Of a DNA stretch of 64,000 bases, positions 1-9,530 are shown piece by piece. The notes beneath the pieces were generated by a model. It was not told the origin of the DNA, did no database searches, and worked only from the letters and a program-made list of their open reading frames with translations. The stretch lies in assembly GCA_017554325.1 (NCBI GenBank), contig JAFZIP010000005.1:128211-192210 (forward strand). The letters run 5' to 3'. The position numbers and the translations under genes are program-made. Each line of letters begins with the position of its first letter. The first letter of the stretch is position 1. This DNA comes from Bacteroidales bacterium (GTDB taxonomy: Bacteria; Bacteroidota; Bacteroidia; Bacteroidales; WCHB1-69).

Positions 1-620
1 GTCTCATCGTGCTCCACCTTTCCCATCGATTCAGCGTAGGTCTTGTAAACCTGCATCGCTTCAGTGTTAAGGGTCTTTTTGCGACTGGCTGTGAAGCCTG
101 TGGAAAAATCGCCAGGGCGGACAACAACAACTTGTATTCCAAATTGTTGGATTTCCAATCTCAAAGCTTCGCAATAGCCTTCGATTGCAAACTTGCTGGC
201 AGAATAGAAGCCTTGGAACGGCAGTCCCATCACGCCACCGATGGAACTCAACGCGATAATCTTACCCTTACCTTGCTTGCGCATATAGGGCAACACCGCG
301 GTCACGAAATGCACAAGTCCCATAAAGTTGGCATCCATCTGCTCCCGGATCTCTTCTTCAGTGGCAAACTCCACAGGTCCTCCGATACCCATTCCGGCAT
401 TGTTAACCAAAACGTCAATGCGTCCTTCTTTTTCAAACACCTGTTTTACAGCGCTTTTCACAGCTTCGCGATCACGGACGTCCACCTTCAGGTAATGCAC
501 TCCGGGCAATGGTTCCACCTCACGACGCACAGTACCATATACTATATGGCCTTCTTGCGACAGCAATCGGGCAGTCTCCAAACCGAAACCCGATGAAACA
601 CCTGTAATCAGAACAATCAT
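1..620 (-). CDS. Short-chain dehydrogenase/reductase (SDR); C-terminus lies beyond the window edge
   Basis: Not in the ORF track because there is no stop in the window. The reverse complement from ATG 620-618 reads MIVLITGVSSGFGLETARLL (TGxxxGxG), followed by NNAG and YSASK (YxxxK) motifs. The ATG lies 2 nt after the stop of the upstream SPT-like gene. Confidence 0.85.
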   Translation of the reverse strand, partial: MIVLITGVSSGFGLETARLLSQEGHIVYGTVRREVEPLPGVHYLKVDVRDREAVKSAVKQVFEKEGRIDVLVNNAGMGIGGPVEFATEEEIREQMDANFMGLVHFVTAVLPYMRKQGKGKIIALSSIGGVMGLPFQGFYSASKFAIEGYCEALRLEIQQFGIQVVVVRPGDFSTGFTASRKKTLNTEAMQVYKTYAESMGKVEHDE

Positions 621-622
621 GA

Positions 623-1813
623 CTATAGGATTTCTGCTTTCTTAAATGCTTTTGTAATTTTGTCGATAGCCTCATCCACCTGCTCGTAGGTGTGCGTGGC
701 CATCAGGGCGAAACGGATCAGCACATCGTTTTCGGGCACAGCGGGCGCGATGACTGGCGTGACGAAAACACCGTCTTCCAACAGGCGAGAGCAGAGCCAA
801 AATGCCTTCTCCGAGTTGCGTACAAACAGCGGAATGATAGGCGTTTCGCTGCGGCCCGTGTCGAAACCTCTCTCCTTGAACTGATTGCGAGCGTAGTTGC
901 TCACGTCCCAAAGGTGCTGGATGCGCTCCGGCTCCTCCAACATGATATCGATGGCCTTGTTGACTGCCGCCACATTGGAAGGCGGCATGCTGGCGCTGAA
1001 AATCAGCGACCGGGCATGGTGCTTCAAAAAGTTGATAGTGTCGGCATCAGAAGCGATGAAACCGCCCAACGAACCGAACGACTTGGAGAAAGTGCCCATG
1101 ATAAGACCGACTTTGTCGGTCAAACCGAAATGATTGGCTGTACCTCTGCCCTGATGTCCCAAAACGCCCAAAGAATGGGCATCGTCAAGCATAATCTCGG
1201 CGTCATACTTTTCAGCCAAAGCCACCATTTCAGGTAGCGGGGCAATATCTCCCTCCATGGAAAAGACACCGTCAGCCACAATCAACTTGACGGATTCGGG
1301 TTCGCATTGTTGCAAACATTTTTCCAGGCTATCCATGTCGTTATGGTCGTATTTCAGCACCTTGCCAAACGACAAGCGGCTTCCCTCAATAATGGAGGCG
1401 TGATCAAGACGGTCGAGCAGCAGATAGTCGCTACGGCCACACAGTGCGGAAACCACGCCCAAGTTCACCTGGAAGCCCGTGCTGAAGCACAGCGCATCAT
1501 CCTTGCCCACCAATTGGGCGAGCTTATTTTCCAATTCCACATGGATATCCAATGTGCCGTTAAGGAAACGCGAACCAGAGCAACTGGTACCGTATTTGTC
1601 GATGGCGGCCTTGGCGGCCTCTTTCAGACGCGGGTCGTTCGAAAGACCCAGGTAGCTGTTCGAGCTGAACATCAGCACATCCTTGCCTTCAATCTTCACC
1701 ACCGTACTTTGCTCTGTCTCTATCGCTTTATAATATGGGTAAATCCCTTTTTCTTTTGCTATTTGCGGCGCTCTGTATTGCGCACATTTGTTTCTTAAAA
1801 TCTGTGTTCTCAT
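623..1813 (-). CDS. spt: PLP-dependent alpha-oxoamine synthase, serine palmitoyltransferase-like
   Basis: 396-aa ORF with GSRFLNGT, DDAHS and the PLP-lysine motif GTFSKSFG. The SRxLNGT signature looks like bacterial SPT rather than BioF or Kbl. Confidence 0.75.
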   Translation of the reverse strand: MRTQILRNKCAQYRAPQIAKEKGIYPYYKAIETEQSTVVKIEGKDVLMFSSNSYLGLSNDPRLKEAAKAAIDKYGTSCSGSRFLNGTLDIHVELENKLAQLVGKDDALCFSTGFQVNLGVVSALCGRSDYLLLDRLDHASIIEGSRLSFGKVLKYDHNDMDSLEKCLQQCEPESVKLIVADGVFSMEGDIAPLPEMVALAEKYDAEIMLDDAHSLGVLGHQGRGTANHFGLTDKVGLIMGTFSKSFGSLGGFIASDADTINFLKHHARSLIFSASMPPSNVAAVNKAIDIMLEEPERIQHLWDVSNYARNQFKERGFDTGRSETPIIPLFVRNSEKAFWLCSRLLEDGVFVTPVIAPAVPENDVLIRFALMATHTYEQVDEAIDKITKAFKKAEIL

Positions 1814-2051
1814 CTATTATTAATAAAAAATCCACAAATTTGTCCAGCAAGCTGGGCATGAGCAAAAACAATAATATGTATAAGGACTTGCATATTCAAC
1901 TGACAATCAATTCATTTTTTCAATATCCAACAACAACCTAGCATATCCTTACACGAAGCGGCAAAGATACACAAATATTTGGTACTTTTGCCGCCGTTTT
2001 AAAAATGAGCTTTTTACTCGAAACTATCGCATTTTAACATAAAGATTTGAT

Positions 2052-4472
2052 ATGGTTTTTGTAAGAATTTACCGATTTTTCACCCAACACAAGATATTTT
2101 TATATTCACTTTTGATTATAAGCAGTGTCGTCTTTGCCTTCTTCGCAGCAAAGGCACACTTCGAGGAGGATTTAATCAAGCTTCTGCCGAAGTCTGACGA
2201 ATCGGAGTGTGGAGTGGTATTCGGCAATATCAAGGTCAAAGACAAACTCTTCATGCAGATGACGGGTGCTGAGCCCGAGGTGATGGTAGGCTACGTGGAT
2301 GAACTGATGGACTCCATACTCACCAATGACGAAGGCATCGCCAACACGCTCTACCGTTTGGAACCCGACATGGCGCTCAACGCGCTCGATTACGCCATGA
2401 TGCACGTGCCCTCGTTCGTGGACTCGACCCTGTACTCCCGTTTTGACTCGGCCATCGCACACGCCGACGAAACGATGGCGCACAACTATGAAATGATCAT
2501 GAACGACGAGACCGGCATGGCTAGCGAGTTGGTCTCCACCGATCCGCTATGCCTGCGCGAATGCCTGATGCCCGACCTCTCCAGTGGCATGGGCTTCACC
2601 CTCATCGACGGCCATCTGTTCTGCGCCGACAGCACCGTGGCACTGATCTTCATTTCCCCTGATTTCCAGACGTTTGATTCACAAGCCAGTCATAAACTCG
2701 TCAGCCATCTCAACCATTGCATAGAGCAATTCCATCAGGCGCATCCGGATGTGGAGGTGCTCATGCATGGCGGCGCGGTGGAGGCGGTCGGCAACGCCAG
2801 CACCATGAAGCGCGACATCTTCATCACCATCGGAATCTCCTTGGTGCTGATTCTCCTCTATTTGTGCATCAGTTTCAAGAGCTACAATATTATATGGCAG
2901 AATGTGCTGCCGATTGTTTACGGTACGATCTTCGCGTTGGCCTGCATGTATTGGATCAAAGGTGGAATGTCGTTGATGGCTTTGGGCGTGGGGGCCGTGA
3001 TTTTGGGCGTTGCGCTCAGCTATTGCTTACATATAATTGTGCATCAACGCTTCGTTGGCGATGTGGAGCAGATGTTGAAAGATGAGGCCATTCCCGTTTG
3101 CCTCGGCTGCCTCACCACCATCGGTGCATTCCTCGGTCTGATGTTTACGCAGAGCGAATTATTGAAAGACTTCGGTCTGTTCGCCACCTTCGCGCTCCTC
3201 GGCAGCACCTTCTTCACATTGATCTTCCTGCCTCACTTCCTTAATGTAAAAGATGCCAAACACAGCAAAAGGGCATTCAAGTTGATAGACAAAATCAACA
3301 ATTATCCTTACGACCGCAATCCATTTATTATCATTACATTGTGCATTGTTATCCTGATAGGATTCATCTTTTCCGGCAAGGTGCAGTTTGACAATGACTT
3401 GAAGCATATCGGTTTCGAGAGTGAGGCTTTCAAAAAATCTCAAAAATTGTATGCCGAGAAAAACGACCATGGCGGTTTGCAAAAGTATTATGCCGTAACT
3501 GCTTCCGATCTGGATGAAGCTTTGGATGCCAATGTAGTGATTTCCAATACCCTGGATTCCTTGTATAAGGCAGGTGATCTGTTCACTTACACGCCGGTCG
3601 TGTCCATGTTGTTCCAGTCTCAGGCGGAGCAGGAGCGTCGCATTGCCGCATGGCAGCGTTATTGGACTCCTGAGAAGGTGGCGCAAGCCATGGCATCCGT
3701 GAAAGCTGCCGCAGTGAAAAACGACATCTCACCCGACATCTTCATTCCGTTCCAAGCGATGGTGGAAGCGGAGTATGAACCCGGGAACCTTTATGAGTCC
3801 GGCGTTGTCCCCGAAGGCCTGCTCTGTAACTTCATTGAGGAGACAGATGGCAAGTATTTGATTTTCAATGCCACACAGTTATCCAAAGATAAAGCGGGCG
3901 AAGTCAGCGACATCATAGCATCCAAACCGCATGCCGTGGTGGTGGATCCTTTATACTACACAGGTGGCATGATTTCCCTGATTCACAAGGACTTCAATCT
4001 GGCATTGCTCATCTCGTCCATTTTTGTGTTTGTTGTGCTTCTTTTCTCATTCAGAAATATTTTGATCTCAATTCTTGCCTTTATGCCGATGTTCATCAGC
4101 TGGTACGTGGTTCAGGGCTGGATGGCCATCCTCGGTTTGTCATTCAACATGATCAACATTGTGATCTCCACCTTCATATTCGGTATTGGCGTGGACTACA
4201 GTATTTTTGTCATGAAGGGATTGATTGAGAAGCAGACTCTGGAGAGCAGCAAATTGCTGGAGTACCACAAGGTAGCCATCTTCTTCTCGGCCCTGGTGTT
4301 GATTATCGTGATGGGGGCGATGTTGTTCGCCAAGCACCCTACCATCGTCTCAATCGGCGAGTGCGCATTAATCGGCATGATCTCCACCATCCTGATCACC
4401 TACACGTTACAACCGTTAATCTTCCGCTGGCTGATGAAGATTCCGTTCATGAAACGGAGAATGGAGAAATAA
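2052..4472 (+). CDS. MMPL/RND-superfamily predicted (lipid) exporter
   Basis: 806 aa with an N-terminal TM and two multi-TM bundles (about aa 255-400 and 650-800), each preceded by a large soluble domain. This is the typical MMPL/COG4258 layout. Confidence 0.7.
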   Translation: MVFVRIYRFFTQHKIFLYSLLIISSVVFAFFAAKAHFEEDLIKLLPKSDESECGVVFGNIKVKDKLFMQMTGAEPEVMVGYVDELMDSILTNDEGIANTLYRLEPDMALNALDYAMMHVPSFVDSTLYSRFDSAIAHADETMAHNYEMIMNDETGMASELVSTDPLCLRECLMPDLSSGMGFTLIDGHLFCADSTVALIFISPDFQTFDSQASHKLVSHLNHCIEQFHQAHPDVEVLMHGGAVEAVGNASTMKRDIFITIGISLVLILLYLCISFKSYNIIWQNVLPIVYGTIFALACMYWIKGGMSLMALGVGAVILGVALSYCLHIIVHQRFVGDVEQMLKDEAIPVCLGCLTTIGAFLGLMFTQSELLKDFGLFATFALLGSTFFTLIFLPHFLNVKDAKHSKRAFKLIDKINNYPYDRNPFIIITLCIVILIGFIFSGKVQFDNDLKHIGFESEAFKKSQKLYAEKNDHGGLQKYYAVTASDLDEALDANVVISNTLDSLYKAGDLFTYTPVVSMLFQSQAEQERRIAAWQRYWTPEKVAQAMASVKAAAVKNDISPDIFIPFQAMVEAEYEPGNLYESGVVPEGLLCNFIEETDGKYLIFNATQLSKDKAGEVSDIIASKPHAVVVDPLYYTGGMISLIHKDFNLALLISSIFVFVVLLFSFRNILISILAFMPMFISWYVVQGWMAILGLSFNMINIVISTFIFGIGVDYSIFVMKGLIEKQTLESSKLLEYHKVAIFFSALVLIIVMGAMLFAKHPTIVSIGECALIGMISTILITYTLQPLIFRWLMKIPFMKRRMEK

Positions 4473-4521
4473 AAATTATACTTTTGCCGCCCATTTTTCT
4501 CAAGACAACTATATTATAAGA

Positions 4522-5052
4522 ATGAAAAAATTACTGACCATTATCCTTGCAGTGTTGACCTTTGCTGCTTCAGCGCAGAAGGTTGAGACCCATTTCACAG
4601 AATCTAAATTCATCAAAGCATCCGGCAAGACCCTCGAAGCCGAAGGCACGTTCAAGCTCTTCTCCGCCGACAAAATGGAGATGCGCTATACCAAGCCCGC
4701 TGGCGACTATTTCATCATCGATGGCAGGACGGTGAACATGAACATGCGCGGTAAGAAGTCGGTGGTGGACACCGACAAAAATGCCGCCATCCGCTCGCAG
4801 CGCAACACCTTGATGAACTGCATCAACGGCAATTGGAAACAGGCTGCCACCGACAACAACGCCGAGAGTTCCGTGGTGGAGAAGGGCGCCAACAAGATCG
4901 TGACATTGAGTGCCAAGAAAGCGGCGCCGAGGGGCTATTCCAAGATCATCATCACCTATCGGAAGTCCGACAACCTGCCCACGGAGATGGTGCTTGAGGA
5001 GTTTAACGGCACGGTGACCACCATCAAATTGTCCAACATCATAAAAAAATAG
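4522..5052 (+). CDS. Small secreted LolA-fold carrier-like protein
   Basis: 176 aa with signal peptide MKKLLTIILAVLTFAASAQ. It has a beta-rich LolA-like pattern and lies 49 nt downstream of the exporter. Confidence 0.55.
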   Translation: MKKLLTIILAVLTFAASAQKVETHFTESKFIKASGKTLEAEGTFKLFSADKMEMRYTKPAGDYFIIDGRTVNMNMRGKKSVVDTDKNAAIRSQRNTLMNCINGNWKQAATDNNAESSVVEKGANKIVTLSAKKAAPRGYSKIIITYRKSDNLPTEMVLEEFNGTVTTIKLSNIIKK

Positions 5053-5126
5053 CATCCGGCGAGGTTGTTGATAACCCCTGTTGAAAATATTTTTTCTGCC
5101 TGATACCGAGCATATTATAAAAAATG

Positions 5127-5134
5127 TATATTTG
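5127..5134 (+). promoter_or_regulatory. Candidate Bacteroidota -7 promoter box (TATATTTG) for the rplC unit
   Basis: Matches TAnnTTTG and lies about 120 nt upstream of the rplC ATG. The leader contains small hairpins, for example TTGCTT-ATTCA-AAGCAA at 5170-5186. Confidence 0.4.
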
Positions 5135-5254
5135 CAGGCTCGAATTTTAAACCGCGAAGTGTTGATAAGTTGCTTATTCAAAGCAATTTATCACAAATGA
5201 ATGGCTTAACTTCGATGCGTAAAAGACACTAAATTTTTTATAAATCAATTTAAA

Positions 5255-5884
5255 ATGTCAGGATTAATAGGAAAAAAAATTGGTATGACTAGCATCTACG
5301 ATGCCTCCGGCAAGATCGTGCCGTGCACAGTGATAGAGGCTGGTCCTTGCGTGGTTACGCAAGTCAAGACCGTCGAGAAAGACGGCTACAGTGCAATCCA
5401 ATTGGGTTACGACGAAAAGAAAGAGAAAAACACGACGAAGCCTTTGAAGGGCCACTTCGCCAAGGCAGGCACCACGCCGAAGAAAATCTTACACGAGTTC
5501 ACCCGTTTCGAGGAAGGACACAAGAAGAATTTCGGTGAGGTTCTGGACGTAACCGTCTTCGAGGAAGGCGAGTTCGTGGACGTGAGCGGAACTTCCAAGG
5601 GTAAAGGTTTCCAGGGCGTTGTGAAACGTCACGGATTCGGCGGTGTAGGCGATGCCACACACGGTCAGCACAACCGTCTGAGAGCTCCCGGTTCAATGGG
5701 TGCTTCCTCCTACCCTTCCCGCGTGTTCAAGGGCATGCGCATGGCCGGCCAAATGGGTAACGCAAAGGTCAAGGTCATCAACATTCAGATTCTGAAGATT
5801 GTCAAGGAAAAGAATTTATTAGTAGTTAAAGGTTCTGTACCCGGAGCCAACGGATCATATTTAATTATTGAAAGATGGAGCTAA
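5255..5884 (+). CDS. rplC: 50S ribosomal protein L3
   Basis: 209 aa with conserved blocks [36 protein letters not shown] and [11 protein letters not shown]. Confidence 0.97.
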   Translation: MSGLIGKKIGMTSIYDASGKIVPCTVIEAGPCVVTQVKTVEKDGYSAIQLGYDEKKEKNTTKPLKGHFAKAGTTPKKILHEFTRFEEGHKKNFGEVLDVTVFEEGEFVDVSGTSKGKGFQGVVKRHGFGGVGDATHGQHNRLRAPGSMGASSYPSRVFKGMRMAGQMGNAKVKVINIQILKIVKEKNLLVVKGSVPGANGSYLIIERWS

Positions 5885-6504
5885 CAGTATATAAAATAGA
5901 CGGCAGTTCAACTGCAAGAACGGTTACCCTGAATGATCAGATCTTCAATGTGGAACCCAACGATCATGCCATCTGGCTTGACGTGAAACAATATTTGGCC
6001 AACCAAAGACAAGGCACACACGACACGCTGGAACGCTCCACCGTCTCCGGTAGCACCCGCAAGCTGAAACGCCAGAAAGGTACTGGCGGCGCACGTGCCG
6101 GTAGCATCAAGAGCCCCACGATCCGTGGCGGTGCAACCGTTTTCGGACCTCACCCGAGAGACTACTCTTTCAAGCTGAACAAGAAAGTGAAGAGACTCGC
6201 CCGTTTCTCCGCCTTCACCTACAAGCAGAAAGATGGTAAAATCACGGTGGTGGAAGACTTCAACTTCGAGGCTCCCAAGACCAAAGCTTACAGCGAGATG
6301 CTGAAAAACCTCAAGCTCGACGGTCAGAAGACACTTCTTATCACGGCTGAAAGCAACAAGAACGTGTTCCTGTCCGCACGCAACCTGCAACGCACCAACG
6401 TGATGTGCGCCCAGAACGCCAACACCTACCACGTGTTGAACGCCGGCCATATCATCCTCTGCGAGAGCAGCCTCAAAGAGCTGGAGAAAATGTTAGGCGA
6501 ATAA
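5875..6504 (+). CDS. rplD: 50S ribosomal protein L4
   Basis: 209 aa with [13 protein letters not shown] and other L4 blocks. The ATG overlaps the rplC stop by 10 nt. Confidence 0.95.
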   Translation: MELTVYKIDGSSTARTVTLNDQIFNVEPNDHAIWLDVKQYLANQRQGTHDTLERSTVSGSTRKLKRQKGTGGARAGSIKSPTIRGGATVFGPHPRDYSFKLNKKVKRLARFSAFTYKQKDGKITVVEDFNFEAPKTKAYSEMLKNLKLDGQKTLLITAESNKNVFLSARNLQRTNVMCAQNANTYHVLNAGHIILCESSLKELEKMLGE

Positions 6505-6529
6505 TTATAAACCTTAAAAAAGAAAAACA

Positions 6530-6820
6530 ATGAGTATCATTATAAAACCCATCATCAGCGAAAAAATGACGCAGACGGCTGAGAAATACAACCGCTACGG
6601 TTTCATGGTGACCCGCGAGGCCACCAAGCCTGAAATCAAACGCGAAATAGAGGCCGTTTATGGTGTTAAAGTAGTCCGCGTAAATACCTTGATCCAACGC
6701 GGTAAAGTCACGAACCGCAATACTAAGGCTGGCGTCATCACGGGTCAGAAGAACAACTTCAAAAAGGCCTACGTGTTCGTGGACAAGGATCAAAAAATCG
6801 ATTTTTATAGTAATATTTAA
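6530..6820 (+). CDS. rplW: 50S ribosomal protein L23
   Basis: 96 aa with the L23 pattern IIKPIISEK...AYVF, in the canonical position between L4 and L2. Confidence 0.93.
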   Translation: MSIIIKPIISEKMTQTAEKYNRYGFMVTREATKPEIKREIEAVYGVKVVRVNTLIQRGKVTNRNTKAGVITGQKNNFKKAYVFVDKDQKIDFYSNI

Positions 6821-6825
6821 AAGAG

Positions 6826-7650
6826 ATGGCACTTAAAAAGTACAAACCAGTAACGCCGGGTCAGCGCTTCAAAGTGATCAGCGCATTTGATGACATTACC
6901 ACCAACACACCCGAAAAGAGTTTGTTGAGTCCGATTCACCGGACAGGCGGAAGAAACAACAGTGGTAAAATGACGGTACGGTACCGCGGTGGCGGTCACA
7001 AAAGGATGTACCGTATGATTGATTTTAAAAGAGAAAAAGATGGCGTTCCCGCTATCGTGAAAACGATTGAATACGATCCGAACCGTTCGGCCCGTATCGC
7101 CCTCGTTTATTACGCTGACGGTGAGAAACGCTACATCGTGGCTCCTCACGGTATCAAGGTGGGCCAGGAAATCCTCAGCGGCGCAGGCGTGTCCCCCGAT
7201 TTGGGCAACTGCCTCCCTGTTGGCGAAATTCCTTTCGGTTCCATCATCCACAACATCGAGATGCGTCCGGGCCAGGGTGCCAAAATCGCCCGTAGTGCCG
7301 GTTCTTACGCACAACTCATGTCCCGCGAAGGCAAATACGCCATCATCAGAATGCCTTCTGGTGAAACCCGTATGATCCTCTGCGCCTGCAAGGCCACCAT
7401 CGGCATCGTGTCCAATGGCGACCACAGCCTCGAGGTTTCCGGTAAGGCCGGTAGATCCCGTTGGTTGGGCAGACGTCCTCGCAACCGTGGTGTGGTTATG
7501 AATCCTGTCGATCACCCGATGGGTGGTGGTGAAGGTCGTGCATCCGGTGGACACCCGCGCTCTCGCAAGGGTATTCCTGCTAAGGGTTATAAGACCAGAC
7601 ACCCGAAGAAGAATTCCAGCCAGTATATCATCGAAAGAAGAAAGAAATAA
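6826..7650 (+). CDS. rplB: 50S ribosomal protein L2
   Basis: 274 aa with [15 protein letters not shown] and [23 protein letters not shown]. Confidence 0.97.
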   Translation: MALKKYKPVTPGQRFKVISAFDDITTNTPEKSLLSPIHRTGGRNNSGKMTVRYRGGGHKRMYRMIDFKREKDGVPAIVKTIEYDPNRSARIALVYYADGEKRYIVAPHGIKVGQEILSGAGVSPDLGNCLPVGEIPFGSIIHNIEMRPGQGAKIARSAGSYAQLMSREGKYAIIRMPSGETRMILCACKATIGIVSNGDHSLEVSGKAGRSRWLGRRPRNRGVVMNPVDHPMGGGEGRASGGHPRSRKGIPAKGYKTRHPKKNSSQYIIERRKK

Positions 7651-7667
7651 TCTAAAAGCTTAATATT

Positions 7668-7946
7668 ATGAGTCGTTCATTAAAAAAAGGTCCGTATATA
7701 CATTACAAATTGGAACAACGTGTGATCGCCGCTCAGGAATCTGGCAAGAAGACCACCATCAAGACCTGGTCGCGCGCCTCTATGATTTCCCCTGACTTCG
7801 TAGGCCTTACCATCGCTGTTCACAATGGCAACAAATTCATCCCCGTGTATGTTACCGAAAACATGGTCGGCCACAAACTCGGCGAATTTGCTCCCACCCG
7901 TATTTTCCGCGGACACGCAGGCCAAAAAGACAAAGGTTCCAAATAG
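7668..7946 (+). CDS. rpsS: 30S ribosomal protein S19
   Basis: 92 aa with SLKKGPY and [28 protein letters not shown]. Confidence 0.97.
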   Translation: MSRSLKKGPYIHYKLEQRVIAAQESGKKTTIKTWSRASMISPDFVGLTIAVHNGNKFIPVYVTENMVGHKLGEFAPTRIFRGHAGQKDKGSK

Positions 7947-8003
7947 TTTTCTGTTTCGGAAACCCGCTTCCTTCCTTCGATATTCATTTATCTCACTATA
8001 CCA

Positions 8004-8036
8004 AAATCCCTTTTCAAACGGAAAGGGATTTTTTAT
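8004..8036 (+). terminator. Intrinsic terminator directly after rpsS
   Basis: AAATCCCTTT (8004-8013) pairs with AAAGGGATTT (8022-8031) around an 8-nt loop, followed by a T-run. Confidence 0.8.
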
Positions 8037-8108
8037 TTCAACAAACTGACAATACTCTCCCTAAACACACAAATATTCCTTATTTTTGCACCCTAAAAAT
8101 CACCTCTG

Positions 8109-9530
8109 ATGCTGTTCAATTCGCTGGAATTCGCCATTTTTCTACCCATAGTATTCCTGCTGTACTGGTTCGTGTTCAACCGGAACGTGAAATGGCAGAA
8201 TCTATTTGTCGTGGTGGCTTCCTATATCTTTTACGGATGGTGGGACTGGCGATTCCTCTTTCTTATCGCCTTCACATCCCTCTGCAGCTGGGGAAGCGGC
8301 CTGCTGATTGACAAATATCGACAAAGTCGTACCGCTACCGTAATCCATATTTTAAACATCGTATTGAACTTGGGTGTTCTGGCCCTTTTCAAGTACTACG
8401 ATTTCTTTGCCGACTCTTTTGCAAGACTGTTTCTTCATGGGAACAGCGACAAACTGCTGCTGCACCTCATCCTACCTGTCGGGATCAGTTTCTACACCTT
8501 CCAGGCGCTGAGCTACAGCATTGACGTTTACCGGAAAAAAATGGAGCCCACCCGCGACATCATCCAGTTCTTCGCCTTCGTGAGTTTCTTCCCACAACTT
8601 GTGGCCGGTCCTATCGAGCGCGCCACCAACCTGCTCCCCCAGTTTGAGAAACCCAGAACCTTCGACTATGCGCAAGGTGTGGATGGCATGAGACAGATTC
8701 TATGGGGCCTTTTCAAAAAAGTGGCAGTGGCAGACACTTGCGCAGTATATGTAGATCAGGTCTTCGGAAACTACCTGAATCAGAACGGAACAACCCTCAT
8801 CATTGCCGCCATTCTGTTCGCCATCCAAATATACGGAGACTTCTCCGGCTACTCCGACATCGCCATCGGCACCGCCAAGCTATTCGGAATCCGATTGATG
8901 CGCAACTTCCGGAACCCCTATTTCAGCCGCGACATCGCTGAGTTCTGGCGCAGGTGGCACATTTCGCTGACCACCTGGTTTCGCGACTACGTCTATATCC
9001 CCCTCGGCGGGAGCCGTGTGTCAAAAGGCAAGATTATCCGTAACACCTTCATCATCTTCTTGTTAAGCGGCTTCTGGCATGGTGCCAACTGGACATTCAT
9101 CGCTTGGGGCGCCTACCACGGCATCCTGTTCCTGCCGTTGATTCTGACCGGGAAAAACCGGAAATATCTGAATGAAGTGGCCGAAAACAAAATGCTGCCC
9201 TCCCTGAAAGAAACCGGACAAATCATACTCACCTTCATGCTGGTCACCATCGGTTGGATCATTTTCCGTTCCGACTCCATTTCACAAGCATGGCAGTATA
9301 TTACACTTATTCCTCATTTAGGTATCCCATATACTGAAGGACTGTTAACCACCGCACTGCTAGTAATTGGAATGTTCATCGTGGAATGGCTGCAACGCAC
9401 ACGAGAACATGGTCTTGACCTACAAATTCTTAATTCTCACATACTTAAATTCTCTATTTACTACATTATTATCATTATCCTCTTCCTTGTCCAAAAAGGG
9501 GCCGAATCGTTTATCTATTTCCAGTTTTAA
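8109..9530 (+). CDS. MBOAT-family membrane O-acyltransferase (AlgI/DltB-like)
   Basis: 473 aa and polytopic. It carries the conserved His region FWRRWHISLTTWFRDYVYIPLGGSR and SGFWHGANW. Confidence 0.85.
   Translation: MLFNSLEFAIFLPIVFLLYWFVFNRNVKWQNLFVVVASYIFYGWWDWRFLFLIAFTSLCSWGSGLLIDKYRQSRTATVIHILNIVLNLGVLALFKYYDFFADSFARLFLHGNSDKLLLHLILPVGISFYTFQALSYSIDVYRKKMEPTRDIIQFFAFVSFFPQLVAGPIERATNLLPQFEKPRTFDYAQGVDGMRQILWGLFKKVAVADTCAVYVDQVFGNYLNQNGTTLIIAAILFAIQIYGDFSGYSDIAIGTAKLFGIRLMRNFRNPYFSRDIAEFWRRWHISLTTWFRDYVYIPLGGSRVSKGKIIRNTFIIFLLSGFWHGANWTFIAWGAYHGILFLPLILTGKNRKYLNEVAENKMLPSLKETGQIILTFMLVTIGWIIFRSDSISQAWQYITLIPHLGIPYTEGLLTTALLVIGMFIVEWLQRTREHGLDLQILNSHILKFSIYYIIIIILFLVQKGAESFIYFQF

Noticed and set aside
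9-596. 195-aa plus-strand ORF at the left edge.
   Set aside because: The minus strand here encodes an SDR with TGxxxGxG, NNAG and YxxxK motifs. The plus-strand ORF is its shadow.
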